Positions 29,938 through 40,058 of a stretch of 64,000 bases of DNA are shown here, in pieces. Under the pieces are notes generated by a model. That model was not told the DNA's origin, did no database searches, and saw only the letters and a program-made list of their open reading frames with translations. The stretch comes from Nitrospirota bacterium. GTDB lineage: Bacteria > Nitrospirota > Thermodesulfovibrionia > Thermodesulfovibrionales > UBA9159. The stretch is from contig CAVOUE010000004.1 in assembly GCA_963699545.1 (NCBI GenBank), forward strand, positions 32,001 to 96,000. The letters are read 5' to 3'. Numbering within the stretch: position 1 is the stretch's first letter; each line of letters starts with the position of its first letter. Position numbers and translations under genes: made by a program.

Positions 29938-30355
29938 TTATGATTCATCTTTATTGGTCTTATGTTTCGACCGATCGAAAAACCTAACTTTCGCTTCTTC
30001 TTTCTCCAGGAAGTCCTGAAAGTCCTTATAGAACTTCCAGAAAAGGCTGATGGCTTGCTCTCCCGCTTCAGTCAGCTCTGTGCACCGCCTCCATTCTTGC
30101 CTCCCGTAGCTGTCTCAACAAGAGGTTCCGGGGCCTGTCTGTTCATCGAGTCCACGAGTTCCCAGGCGTGCCGGTACGACATCATCCATTGACTTTGGCC
30201 GCCTTTGTTATAGAGCCATGTTCCCGTATTCGTTCGAGGAGGACTATCCGGCCATACCCCAGGAAGGTCCCCTCTTTGCCATCGATCCAGATACGTCCCC
30301 TGCAGTGGTAAGACGGTTTGTTGACTCTGGATTTGCGAATAGGTTCCCCTGTCAT
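29938..30355 (-). CDS. modE: ModE-family wHTH-only regulator, frameshifted near 30190
   Basis: GYGRIVLLERI.EHGSITKAAK then MSYRHAWELV...GGKNGGGA.LT in the next frame. Confidence 0.85.
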
Positions 30356-30358
30356 AAG

Positions 30359-30382
30359 CGTAATATACAACAGGGAATAACG
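30359..30382. promoter_or_regulatory. Putative ModE box just upstream of modE
   Basis: CGTAAT-N12-ATAACG resembles the CGTTAT..ATAACG ModE palindrome. Confidence 0.5.
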
Positions 30383-30504
30383 AAAAGACAAGACGGTGAC
30401 AGGTGTTCAGATGAGATGGTCGTGTACGAATGGACGGCAGTACCCACCATGGCCGACCGGCAGGAATGCCTGGGACTATGAATTCATATCAATACGATGG
30501 AACG

Positions 30505-31866
30505 TCAAAGGACGGCAACCCTGTCCCTTCCCTGCTCCTTGGCCAGATAGAGTGCATCATCAGCGCGGGAAAAAAGAACGTCGATATTCGGGTCATCGGA
30601 TTTCAGCATGGTCACCCCGGCGCTTATGGTGATGCTGACACTGGTGTTCTCGTCCCCAATGGGTTGCCCTTTTATCACATCACGCACCCTTTCAGCAATC
30701 GCGACCGTTTCTTCCCTGGCGGAGCCAGGAGAGACGATAAGGAATTCCTCTCCGCCTATTCTCCCCAGGAGGTCATACTCCCTCATGCCTGATTTCATCC
30801 TCAAAGCCACTGTCGCAAGGACGATGTCGCCAAAGCTGTGGCCATACGTATCGTTCAGGTGCTTGAAAAAGTCCAGGTCAAGCACAACCAGGCCCAGGGG
30901 ATGCCCCGCACGCCTGGCTCTCAGGAATTCTTCTCTCAATCGTTCCATGATATAGCGCCTGTTCCTCAGGTCGGTCAGTTCGTCGGTAATCGACATATGT
31001 GCAAGCTGCCGCTGGGACTCGCGAAGTCTCGAGACGAGCTTCCTCACCATGATGTAAACAACGAAAATAAGAAGGGCGATGATCAGGAGCGAGAGGACAA
31101 TGATCATCGCCCTGTTGGTTGTCATAGCATGCTCCAGCCCGGCAAGGGGAATGCTCACGCTGATTCCGCCCCTGACCTCTCCTTCCCTGTACCCTTCCTG
31201 TTGATGGCAGGGGATGCAGGCGCGCTCCACGAGGAGAGGCGCCATATAACGGTAGACAGGCAATGCAGCGTCCCTGTCGAAACGCCAGACCTCTTTAACC
31301 CCTTTTTCAAACTGCTGAAGGGCCTTCTGTTCAAAGGGGTCCGGCGCGTTCTCGGGGTTTAGGGGTTTGAGGCTGGTGATATGAAACTTCACGCCGCTTT
31401 TTTTCCCTGTGATCAGAGATATCTCCCTTGTCATCAGGGCAGGGTTTCTCATGGTGAACCTCCTGTTGCCCTCGCATGTCACATCAGGTTCGATCCCGAT
31501 CTGCCTCAGGTAAGGGTTCGACTCTACCCCTGTTCTTTTTTCCACATAGACGCTGCCGTATTGAGCATTCCATAGCCGTGTCTCGACGATCAGTGCAAAA
31601 TATGACCTCGCCTGTTCCCTGACCGTATCAAGCAAAAGCCCATTGCTTCTCAGGTAAATGCCGAGGAAGATAGCGGAAATAAAGAGCGATATGATCACGC
31701 TGAGACTGACCAGGAATACCGTGACCTCTTCAAAGCCCTTGAACGGTTTCGGCCATATGCGTAATGAGATGACGCACCCCCTTCGTCCTTTCGGGAGAGT
31801 AGACTCTTCCATTATACAACAGATGATGTTTAAGAGCGGGGAATCCGTCGTGCTGCCGCTTTTCAT
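30505..31866 (-). CDS. Diguanylate cyclase with periplasmic DUF3365 (Tll0287-like) c-heme sensor
   Basis: 2 TM, SLKPLNPENAPD, CIPCH, GGEEF; start probably downstream of 31866. Confidence 0.9.
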   Translation of the reverse strand: MKSGSTTDSPLLNIICCIMEESTLPKGRRGCVISLRIWPKPFKGFEEVTVFLVSLSVIISLFISAIFLGIYLRSNGLLLDTVREQARSYFALIVETRLWNAQYGSVYVEKRTGVESNPYLRQIGIEPDVTCEGNRRFTMRNPALMTREISLITGKKSGVKFHITSLKPLNPENAPDPFEQKALQQFEKGVKEVWRFDRDAALPVYRYMAPLLVERACIPCHQQEGYREGEVRGGISVSIPLAGLEHAMTTNRAMIIVLSLLIIALLIFVVYIMVRKLVSRLRESQRQLAHMSITDELTDLRNRRYIMERLREEFLRARRAGHPLGLVVLDLDFFKHLNDTYGHSFGDIVLATVALRMKSGMREYDLLGRIGGEEFLIVSPGSAREETVAIAERVRDVIKGQPIGDENTSVSITISAGVTMLKSDDPNIDVLFSRADDALYLAKEQGRDRVAVL

Positions 31867-31905
31867 CGCCTTTACAAATAGGGGCTCTTCCTTTATTATT
31901 TATGC

Positions 31906-33636
31906 ATGAAGACACTGAGGCTCGCCCTTGCCCAGATTGACCTCACGGTGGGGGATTTGGAGGGCAATACCGAAAAAATCATCGCCTCTATCAGGAATGC
32001 TGAAGAACATTCTGCCGATGTGGTCGCCTTTCCTGAGCTGTCGGTCACCGGATACCCCCCCGAAGACCTTCTTTTGAAACCGCAGTTCATTAAAGACAAC
32101 CTCGAGGCCCTCAGGAGGATCAAGGAAGAGGTCTGGGACATCACCGCTATCGTCGGTTTCGTGGACAGGAAGAATGATATCTATAACGCCGCGGCGGTTC
32201 TTTACAACAAGAATATCGTCGATATCTATCACAAGATGTACCTCCCCAACTACGGCGTCTTTGATGAATACCGCTATTTTCAGGTCGGAACGAGGTTTCC
32301 CCTTTACAGCATCGGCGACGTCACCATCGGTGTGAACATCTGTGAGGATATCTGGTACCCGGAAGGACCGGCTCACGTCCAGTCACTGTTCGGGGCCGAG
32401 CTGATCATCAACATCAATGCGTCTCCCTACCATGTGGGCAAAGCAGCCTTCAGGGAAACCATGCTCTCAACAAGGTCATCCGACAACGCTGTGGTGATCG
32501 CCTATCTGAATACCGTGGGCGGACAGGATGAGCTGGTATTTGACGGGCACAGCATTGTGGTGAATGAGAGGGGAGAGATCATCTGCCGGGGGAAACAGTT
32601 CGAGGAAGATCTCATCATTGTCGACCTGAACCTGGACGCGGTCTTCATGCAGAGGCTCCACGACCCGAGGAGAAGGCAGGAAGCTGCAACTGCGGAGAGA
32701 TCGAAGGTCGAGAGGATCCTGGTATCCAGAGAAAGACCCGGCAAGGCAAGGGGGCCCCTCCCGAAGAGAGCGCACGGGGTGCTGCATCAGACAGAGGAGA
32801 TCTATCGCGCCCTTGTTCTCGGGACATCTGACTATGTCGCCAAGAACGGGTTCGAGGAAACGGTGATCGGGTTGAGCGGAGGCGTGGACTCCAGCCTCGT
32901 TGCGGTCATAGCGGCTGATGCACTGGGGAAAGAGAGGGTGAAAGGGCTCTTCATGCCGTCTCCCTATACATCACGGGAAAGCAGGGAAGACGCCTTTGAG
33001 CTTGCCCGTAACCTCGGCATCGAGCTTTTCGAGGAGCCGATTGCGGAAATATACGAAACCTATCTCAAGACGCTGAAAGAACGGTTCAAGGGACTTAAGG
33101 CGGATACGACCGAGGAGAATCTCCAGGCAAGGATAAGGGGCAATCTCCTCATGGCGTTCTCCAACAAGTTTAACTGGCTTGTGCTTACCACGGGCAACAA
33201 GTCGGAGATGAGTGTCGGGTATGCGACCCTGTACGGTGATATGGCGGGCGGATTTGCGGTGATCAAGGACGTGCCGAAGACCATGGTGTACGAGCTATGC
33301 AAATGGAGGAATGGGAAGGAAGGGAGGCCGCCCATCCCCGAGAGGATATTGTGGAAGGAGCCTTCAGCAGAACTCAAGCCTGGTCAGAAAGACACCGACA
33401 CGCTGCCGCCATATCAGGTCCTTGACCCTGTCCTGAAGTCCTATGTGGAAAATGACAGGAGCTTCGAGGAAATAGTTTCCCCGGAATGCGGCGCTGAATG
33501 CGTCAGCAAAGTGATCAGTATGATAGACCGGAGCGAGTACAAGAGAAGACAGTCCCCTCCGGGCATTAAGATAACGAGGAGGGCATTTGGAAGGGACAGA
33601 AGGTTTCCGATAACAAACAGATACAAGAGTACGTGA
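31906..33636 (+). CDS. nadE: Glutamine-dependent NAD+ synthetase
   Basis: Nitrilase domain FPEL/ICEDIW, GLSGGVDS, ENLQAR, NKSE. Confidence 0.97.
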   Translation: MKTLRLALAQIDLTVGDLEGNTEKIIASIRNAEEHSADVVAFPELSVTGYPPEDLLLKPQFIKDNLEALRRIKEEVWDITAIVGFVDRKNDIYNAAAVLYNKNIVDIYHKMYLPNYGVFDEYRYFQVGTRFPLYSIGDVTIGVNICEDIWYPEGPAHVQSLFGAELIININASPYHVGKAAFRETMLSTRSSDNAVVIAYLNTVGGQDELVFDGHSIVVNERGEIICRGKQFEEDLIIVDLNLDAVFMQRLHDPRRRQEAATAERSKVERILVSRERPGKARGPLPKRAHGVLHQTEEIYRALVLGTSDYVAKNGFEETVIGLSGGVDSSLVAVIAADALGKERVKGLFMPSPYTSRESREDAFELARNLGIELFEEPIAEIYETYLKTLKERFKGLKADTTEENLQARIRGNLLMAFSNKFNWLVLTTGNKSEMSVGYATLYGDMAGGFAVIKDVPKTMVYELCKWRNGKEGRPPIPERILWKEPSAELKPGQKDTDTLPPYQVLDPVLKSYVENDRSFEEIVSPECGAECVSKVISMIDRSEYKRRQSPPGIKITRRAFGRDRRFPITNRYKST

Positions 33637-33675
33637 TCGCTGTCAATTGCGAGAATCTTATCCTGGAGGAGAGAA

Positions 33676-33927
33676 ATGGTTTTTTTGGGGAGAGGAGCGA
33701 TTTTTTTCCTGACACTGTTCATTGCCGGGGGTGTGGCTTTTGCAGAAACAACCGACTTTCAGTTCAAGAAACAGCCTGAAATACAGCAGGTGAGACCGCA
33801 AAGACCGGTAAAGATAAAGCTGCACAGGAACGCAAAGGGTGAATATTCATGGGACCTCAATGGTGATAACGTTGACGAGATCGTGAATACGGACAGGAAA
33901 CTGAGGAAACTGCTCAAAATACAGTGA
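33676..33927 (+). CDS. Small exported hypothetical protein
   Basis: GGAGG RBS, signal peptide, 83 aa. Confidence 0.65.
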   Translation: MVFLGRGAIFFLTLFIAGGVAFAETTDFQFKKQPEIQQVRPQRPVKIKLHRNAKGEYSWDLNGDNVDEIVNTDRKLRKLLKIQ

Positions 33928-34011
33928 GCCCTGTTTCATCGCCGGACTGCTCATGGAGTGTATAACCGGACGGGTCTGCGGCTAATGAGGCATTCATAAA
34001 GGAGGAGCATT

Positions 34012-34482
34012 ATGGAAAGATTTTCGATCAGGGAGGCTGTTGAACAGGCGGTGCAGACCGAGAAGCTGGGATATCAGTTTTATACGACCATAGCGGAGAG
34101 GTTCGTCAAGGATGCAGGGCTGAACAACCTCTTTACAACACTGGCGAAAAAAGAGTTGAGACACGAAAAGACGTTCAAGGAGCTTCTTGAGATCATCAAG
34201 GATGAAGAACCTGTGGACTGGGAAGAGGGGGAACAGTATCTGAGGGCGATCGTCGAGTCGGAGTTTTTTCTTGGCAAGAACAAGTCCCTTCCCTCGATGG
34301 AGAATGTGAAGACAGTGGAGGACGCCGTGAATTTCGCCCTGGGATTTGAGAAGGAGACCCTCCTCTATTTCTACGGACTCAGGGGCGCGGTGAAGGAAAC
34401 GGAAGTGGTGGAAGAGATCATCAACGAGGAGCGGAGCCACATCATGTGGCTGAACAAGTTCAGGAGCAGCTTTAAGAAATAA
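34012..34482 (+). CDS. Rubrerythrin/ferritin-like protein
   Basis: E..G..FY, ExxH, FEK...Y, EExxH. Confidence 0.88.
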   Translation: MERFSIREAVEQAVQTEKLGYQFYTTIAERFVKDAGLNNLFTTLAKKELRHEKTFKELLEIIKDEEPVDWEEGEQYLRAIVESEFFLGKNKSLPSMENVKTVEDAVNFALGFEKETLLYFYGLRGAVKETEVVEEIINEERSHIMWLNKFRSSFKK

Positions 34483-34512
34483 CAAAGAAATCCGATGCAT
34501 CGTGTTGTGATA

Positions 34513-34684
34513 ATAAATAGCGCTGTTTTTCGCTCCCTGCGATATTTTTCGACTGTTCTAAACTCTTTCTGCTACAGCTTCGAAACTCGCCTTTCGGGCT
34601 CAAACAGTCGAAGCTGTTGACGCTCCAATTCGTTAAGAACTGTTGCCGAAAAATATCAATGCCGCTCAAAACAGCACTATTTAT
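34513..34684. repeat. About 170-bp nested palindrome (MITE/REP-like or structured RNA)
   Basis: ATAAATAGCGCTGTTTT/AAAACAGCACTATTTAT, GATATTTTTCG/CGAAAAATATC and ACAGCTTCGA/TCGAAGCTGT nested arms. Confidence 0.7.
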
Positions 34685-34693
34685 CGATAGATT

Positions 34694-35509
34694 ATGAAAG
34701 GCACTCTCTACATTGTCTCGACGCCCATCGGCAATCTTGAGGATATCACCCTCAGGGCCTTGCGGATTCTGAAAGAAGTCGATGTCATCGCTGCCGAGGA
34801 TACGAGGCATTCGTCAAAGCTCCTGAACCATTACGGGATCTCGAAGCCCCTCCTGAGCTACTGGGGTGAAAAGGAGAAGGTCAAGGCGGAAGAAGTCCTT
34901 GCGAAGCTCCGCGAGGGGCAGGCGGTGGCATTGATCTCTGACGCGGGCACGCCCGGCATTTCTGACCCGGGAGGCGTTCTTGTCGAGAGGGCGGTGGCGG
35001 AGGGCATTCCGGTGGTGTCTGTGCCAGGTCCCTCTGCCCTTGTGGCTGCCATCTCCCTTTCAGGGCTTCCCATCAAGGAATTCACTTTTGTCGGTTTTCT
35101 TCCTCCCAGGAAAAGCCAGAGGCGAAAAATGCTGGACGAACTTGGTATGGAGAGGCGGACCTTTGTCTTTTATGAGGCGCCCCACAGGATCATCGAGACG
35201 CTGGAGGATATGAGGGAAGTGTGGGGAGACAGGAAAGCCGCTGTCGTGCGGGAGATCACAAAGATCCATGAGGAAACACTGAGAGGGAGCGTCGCTGATA
35301 TTCTCCGGGAGATTCAGGACAGGACGATCGCTGGAGAGTATGTCATCATCGTTGAAGGAAGGAGGAGCACGGAAGTGTCCTATGACGATGCGCTGACCGA
35401 GGTCAGGGCGCTGATGAAAAAAGGGAAAGGGAGAAAGGAAGCGGTCAAGATGGTATCGGGGCAGTATGGGTTGAGCAAGAATGAGCTCTACGACAGGAGC
35501 CTTGAATGA
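34694..35509 (+). CDS. rsmI: 16S rRNA C1402 2'-O-methyltransferase
   Basis: TPIGNLEDIT.RA, SDAGTP.ISDPG, YEAPHR, REITK. Confidence 0.96.
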   Translation: MKGTLYIVSTPIGNLEDITLRALRILKEVDVIAAEDTRHSSKLLNHYGISKPLLSYWGEKEKVKAEEVLAKLREGQAVALISDAGTPGISDPGGVLVERAVAEGIPVVSVPGPSALVAAISLSGLPIKEFTFVGFLPPRKSQRRKMLDELGMERRTFVFYEAPHRIIETLEDMREVWGDRKAAVVREITKIHEETLRGSVADILREIQDRTIAGEYVIIVEGRRSTEVSYDDALTEVRALMKKGKGRKEAVKMVSGQYGLSKNELYDRSLE

Positions 35510-35564
35510 GACCCGACGGTTCGATCTGTAATAGGGCACTGCAAGCATAGAGCGGGCGTCCCCC

Positions 35565-36146
35565 ATGAAAAAGATACTCCCAGGCATAATCCTTGTTCTT
35601 CTCCTTTCTTCCTGGTTTGTATTTCTGTCCTTATGGTTCTATGACGGCAGTGCCTTTGCTGTCGGAGATGAGAACCGTCAGTCCGTAGAAAAGAGAGTCA
35701 TCGCACTCGTGAATAGTGCAAGACTCAGGGGCGCCCGGTGTGGCAACGCATACTATGCGGCAACGAGGCCCCTGGACTGGAATGAGACCCTCTCGCAGGC
35801 AGCAAGGAAGCATTCCCTTGACATGGCGTCGGAAGAGAGCGTGGGTCATACGGGTTCTGACGGCAGCGGACCCGGAGAAAGGATCGCACGGTTGGAATAC
35901 AAGTGGATGACCTACGGGGAGAACGTGGCCTCCGGGTATCTAACCCCGGAAGAGGTAGTGAACGAATGGCTAAGGAACGAGGGGCATTGCAAGAACATCA
36001 TGAATCCGAGATTCAGGGAGGCCGGCGCCGCCTACGCAAAGGGTACAAAAAAGACATACTGGACTTTAGTACTGGCAGCTCCCGCATCTTCAGGCTACAG
36101 CAGGCCGCGACTACAGGCTGAGATTAGGATGAGTAATAATCGATGA
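35565..36146 (+). CDS. CAP/SCP domain exported protein
   Basis: VN.AR, HS.DM, HTGSDGS, GENVA, GHCKNIM. Confidence 0.88.
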   Translation: MKKILPGIILVLLLSSWFVFLSLWFYDGSAFAVGDENRQSVEKRVIALVNSARLRGARCGNAYYAATRPLDWNETLSQAARKHSLDMASEESVGHTGSDGSGPGERIARLEYKWMTYGENVASGYLTPEEVVNEWLRNEGHCKNIMNPRFREAGAAYAKGTKKTYWTLVLAAPASSGYSRPRLQAEIRMSNNR

Positions 36147-36760
36147 GTCTTCTCCTGATCGCCTTTTCATCATTTGTTATCGCTCTCTCCGGCGCGCTTG
36201 TTCCGGGACCGCTCTTCAGCATCACCGTGGCCGAATCCGCCAAAAGAGGAGCTATAGCGGGGCCGCTCATCATTATTGGTCACGGGATACTCGAGCTTTC
36301 CCTGATCATCCTTATTATTCTCGGAGTTGCGCCTTTCCTCACCGCCCCATCCGCCAAATCGGCAATAAGTATTACAGGGGGACTGATGCTCATCTATATG
36401 GGTTACCGGCTGATCAGGGACGGCAGGGGCGCAAGACTCCTGGTATCGGGAGAGGGAGCGCAAAAAGGGATGCATCCTGTTTTTTCAGGGATCATCGGTA
36501 GCATCTCAAATCCCTATTGGAGCATCTGGTGGATCACCATAGGAATGAGCTATCTTGTGAGTTCCATGAAGTTCGGCTGGCTCGGGGTAGGGGTATTTTT
36601 CATCGGTCATATCGTGGCTGACCTCGGCTGGTACAGCTTCATCTCCCTTGCCGTAGCCAAAGGGAGAAGCGTGATAGGAGACCGGGGGTACCGGTTTCTC
36701 CTCTATTGCTGCGGGACTTTTCTCGTATTCTTCGGCTTGTGGTTTCTGAAAGGGATTTAG
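36143..36760 (+). CDS. LysE family translocator
   Basis: SGAL.PGP, GH..LE, NPYW..WW. Confidence 0.88.
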   Translation: MSLLLIAFSSFVIALSGALVPGPLFSITVAESAKRGAIAGPLIIIGHGILELSLIILIILGVAPFLTAPSAKSAISITGGLMLIYMGYRLIRDGRGARLLVSGEGAQKGMHPVFSGIIGSISNPYWSIWWITIGMSYLVSSMKFGWLGVGVFFIGHIVADLGWYSFISLAVAKGRSVIGDRGYRFLLYCCGTFLVFFGLWFLKGI

Positions 36761-36778
36761 GGAAATAAGGAGGACACT

Positions 36779-37918
36779 ATGTCAAAGGTCTTTTTTTCTT
36801 CCGCAAGGGCGCTGAAATGGAAATATGATGACAGTATGCCGGGAAAGCTTGAAAGGCTCCTCAGGGAGATAGGACTGGCCAACTACTTCAGCCCAAAGGA
36901 ATGGGTGGCGGTGAAGACGCATTTCGGCTCGGAAGGCGCCCACAGGATAGTGAGGCCGGTATTCCTGAGGAAGGTCGTTGAGGGGTTGAAGGGCGTCGGT
37001 GCGAAACCATGCGTGGTAGATACCGTGAGGATAAAGGGGCTTGACTATCTTGATGTAGCCAATCAGAACGGTATCAACCATCTCTCGGTAGGTGCGCCTG
37101 TTATTCTCGCCGACGGTCTCTATGGCAAGGACAACATCATGGTGAAAGCCGGTGAGATACTCGGTGAAGTGGCGGTCGCTTCCCTGATATACGACATTCC
37201 CGCAATGGTGGTATGCAGCCACGTAAAGGGGCATATCAATGCAGGGTATGCCGGCGCGATCAAGAATGTGGCGATGGGAGGGGTAAGCTCGTCCCACCGG
37301 CATTGCGGCTGGAAGTGCGGAAGGGGAGCCATGCACACCATCGGCGAGGGTGATCTCGTATGGGACAGCGAAAAATGCGAACTCTGCTACCAGTGCGCAG
37401 AGGTATGTCCCCTGGACGCCATCGTGTTTGAAGAGGGAGATGAACTGGTCTGGGACGGAAATACCTGCTGGAGGTGCGGCAGATGTGTCAGGGTCTGCCA
37501 GTCCGGGGCCATTGTCATGCCGTCGGACGATGAAAGGTTCCTGCGCTCTCTTGCTGAGGCAGCCAAAGCGGTCCTGAGCACCTTTGAGACCGGTAAGGTG
37601 CTCTACATTAACTTCCTTACCGAAATACAGCCCGAATGTGACTGCATGCCCATAGCAGACGTCCCGGTCATCCAGGATAAGGGGATATTGGTATCAGATG
37701 ATATCGTTGCCATTGAGCAGGCAAGTATTGATCTGTTGAAGAAATCAGTCCCCCTCCCTGAATCCGCCATTACGGGGGAAAATGTCCCTCCGGGCGGGGA
37801 TATACTCCTGTCCCTTCACAAGAAAGACTATATAATCCAAGTAGTTGAGGCTGAAAGGTTAGGGCTCGGTGCAGCAATATACGACTTGGTAGAGGTAGAG
37901 GCCCCAAAAGAAAAGTAG
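36779..37918 (+). CDS. DUF362 domain Fe-S protein
   Basis: VAVKTHFG, HVKGH, two CxxCxxCxxxC motifs, CDC. Confidence 0.88.
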   Translation: MSKVFFSSARALKWKYDDSMPGKLERLLREIGLANYFSPKEWVAVKTHFGSEGAHRIVRPVFLRKVVEGLKGVGAKPCVVDTVRIKGLDYLDVANQNGINHLSVGAPVILADGLYGKDNIMVKAGEILGEVAVASLIYDIPAMVVCSHVKGHINAGYAGAIKNVAMGGVSSSHRHCGWKCGRGAMHTIGEGDLVWDSEKCELCYQCAEVCPLDAIVFEEGDELVWDGNTCWRCGRCVRVCQSGAIVMPSDDERFLRSLAEAAKAVLSTFETGKVLYINFLTEIQPECDCMPIADVPVIQDKGILVSDDIVAIEQASIDLLKKSVPLPESAITGENVPPGGDILLSLHKKDYIIQVVEAERLGLGAAIYDLVEVEAPKEK

Positions 37919-37946
37919 CTGCTGTTCGTTTCCACGAACAGCAGCT
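37917..37946 (+). terminator. Hairpin terminator
   Basis: AGCTGCTGTTCG...CGAACAGCAGCT. Confidence 0.6.
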
Positions 37947-38140
37947 TAGGGGAGGTAACGAGGCGCTTAAAATACGATTATATAATTACAGAAAAAAATC
38001 AGTTTGTCAAGTAAAATTTATAGGTTGGCTATAAATTATAATTTTAGGGCTATAAAATTTTTCTCACCCCTTCTTTCCCTGACAATGGCTTCCACAACAG
38101 AAGGACTTCGATGATCTCTTCCGGCTTATGGCGTATTCAG

Positions 38141-39343
38141 TTATGTCCGGTATTCCGCGTTTATCCGCACATATGCCTCGGTGAGGTCACAGGTGAGGAC
38201 CTTTGAAGAGGCTTTGCCGGTGTGGAGGTCAACGGTTATTCTTAGTTCCTTCTTCTTCAATACAGCCGTCGCTTCCTTATCCTTTCCAGTGGCGATGCCG
38301 TTCTTCACGAGTTTCACTTTGCCGAAAGAGATGTCGGTTTTATCCTCCTTGAGGGCGATCCCTGAATATCCAAGGGCCGCCATGATCCGGCCCCAGTTGG
38401 CATCGTTGCCATAAAGAGCGGTCTTCACCAGGAGCGAGTTGGCTACGGCAGACGCCGCCTTCTCCGCATCCACCTTGTTCCTGGCGTTCTTTATCTCTAT
38501 CTCCACCATTTTTGTGGCGCCTTCCCCATCCATTACTATCAGCCTGCTCAATGTGCAGGTAATATCTGAGAGTGCGGACACAAAGGGCCTGAATGCTCCG
38601 GAACCTCTGCTGATCACGTCGTTCCCTGCCATGCCGTTTGCCATGATCAGCACAGTATCATTGGTGGACATGTCCCCGTCAATAGTTATCCTGTTAAAGG
38701 AATGCTCCACAGCCTCTCTCAATGCGTCGTTAAGGGCTGTCCTTGCGACATTAAGATCGGTCATGATAAAGCACAGCATGGTGGCCATGTGAGGTCGGAT
38801 CATCCCTGCGCCCTTGCATATGCCGGTAATGGTACCGGTGCTCTTCCCCACTTTTACCTTTTTGCTCACCACCTTGGGAAAGGTGTCCGTTGTCATGATC
38901 GCGGCGGCAACATCATGGAGAGTTCCTACCCTGAGACCCGTGATCAGTTCAGGGAGCTTCCTCCGTATCCGGTCCATGGGCATAGGAGTCCCGATCACGC
39001 CAGTGGAACAGACGTATACCTGGCTCCGGCCCAGTTTCAATCCCCTCGCAACCAACGTCGTCATTTCCACGGCATCCTTCATACCCTGTCTTCCCGAACA
39101 GGCATTGGCATTTCCGCTGTTTACAATGATCGCCCGCCCTTTTCCGGCCCTGATCCTCTTCATATCGAGTTTTACCGGTGCCGCCTTGACCGCATTGGTC
39201 GTGAACATGCCGGACATTATCGCCTCTTTTTCAGAACAGATGAGAGCGAGATCCCTTCTCCCTGGTTTCTTGACGGCCGCTTCCACAGCGGCAAAGAGGA
39301 ATCCCCCCGGCGTTACTGCCTTTGTCCTGTCGTTCTTCTTCAT
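38141..39343 (-). CDS. argJ: Ornithine acetyltransferase
   Basis: NSGNANA, STGVIG, IMTTDT, KGAGMI.P.MATML, DGEGATK. Confidence 0.96.
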   Translation of the reverse strand: MKKNDRTKAVTPGGFLFAAVEAAVKKPGRRDLALICSEKEAIMSGMFTTNAVKAAPVKLDMKRIRAGKGRAIIVNSGNANACSGRQGMKDAVEMTTLVARGLKLGRSQVYVCSTGVIGTPMPMDRIRRKLPELITGLRVGTLHDVAAAIMTTDTFPKVVSKKVKVGKSTGTITGICKGAGMIRPHMATMLCFIMTDLNVARTALNDALREAVEHSFNRITIDGDMSTNDTVLIMANGMAGNDVISRGSGAFRPFVSALSDITCTLSRLIVMDGEGATKMVEIEIKNARNKVDAEKAASAVANSLLVKTALYGNDANWGRIMAALGYSGIALKEDKTDISFGKVKLVKNGIATGKDKEATAVLKKKELRITVDLHTGKASSKVLTCDLTEAYVRINAEYRT

Positions 39344-39502
39344 ACGTAATACGTTACCGTGGTTTTTCCTTTTTTTCAAGCAAAACAATCCTTTTTTTGA
39401 GCAGCATCATGTGGTGATTCTTGCTTTTCCCTGTCTCAAGGAAGGATCAGCCTTGACGGGAAGCATAATAGCGAGTATCTTTTTAGGTAAGGGGAACAGA
39501 CA

Positions 39503-39838
39503 TTGGAGATCATACACAATATTCTGCAGGTAGTTATTCTGACTATTAGCGGATTAGGGGCTGCAGTTGTAGTCTGGGGCGTTCTTGAGGCGATGGTTGC
39601 ATTTGTCGGTCTAAAGTTCTCCTCTGCGAAGGAAGATGCAGTTTCCAAGAGTGAAACTGTTCGCCAACGTCTCGGCGCCCATCTTCTTCTCGGACTGGAA
39701 ATCTTCATTGCGGCTGATATCATCAGTTCCGCTGTCAGTCCGAGTTGGGAAAAGGTGGGCATCCTGGTAACCATTGTAGGCGTACGGACAGTTCTAAGCT
39801 ACTTCCTGAGGATGGAGTTAAGGCAGGGCGTGCGTTAA
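39503..39838 (+). CDS. DUF1622 membrane protein
   Basis: R..LG..LLLGLE..IAADII...RT.LSYFL. Confidence 0.85.
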   Translation: MEIIHNILQVVILTISGLGAAVVVWGVLEAMVAFVGLKFSSAKEDAVSKSETVRQRLGAHLLLGLEIFIAADIISSAVSPSWEKVGILVTIVGVRTVLSYFLRMELRQGVR

Positions 39839-39909
39839 ACACTTCCTGAGGTCAAACGCCTTAAATATGTTTTGTAGCTCAAGGAAGTTGCTAAATCTAA
39901 AGAAATAAC

Positions 39910-39938
39910 TTGACAATTGATTTTCGTTATGTTAAAAA
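39910..39938 (+). promoter_or_regulatory. Sigma70-type promoter for the riboswitch leader
   Basis: TTGACA-17 bp-TAAAAA. Confidence 0.55.
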
Positions 39939-39951
39939 TGACGTTGAAGAC

Positions 39952-40033
39952 ATCCCGACAAAGCCTAACCCTTCGTGAGAGGGGAGCGGAAAGCAACGGG
40001 TCTGCCGAAAAGACAGCCGGGCTACCGAAGGAT
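39952..40033 (+). ncRNA. Cyclic di-GMP-I (GEMM-I) riboswitch
   Basis: CGACAAAGCCTAACC-CTTC-GTGA-GAGG-GG-AGCGGAAAGC..GGGTCT..AGACAGCCGGGCTACCGAA matches GEMM-I architecture. Confidence 0.9.
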
Positions 40034-40058
40034 AAGCTTTTGGTATCCCGGTTTTTTT
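40017..40058 (+). terminator. Riboswitch expression-platform intrinsic terminator
   Basis: CCGGGCTACCGAAG...TTTTGGTATCCCGG followed by T7; overlaps the aptamer 3' strand. Confidence 0.75.

Noticed and set aside
39952-40033. cGAMP-sensing (GEMM-Ib) assignment
   Set aside because: Manual alignment puts G, not A, at the specificity position.
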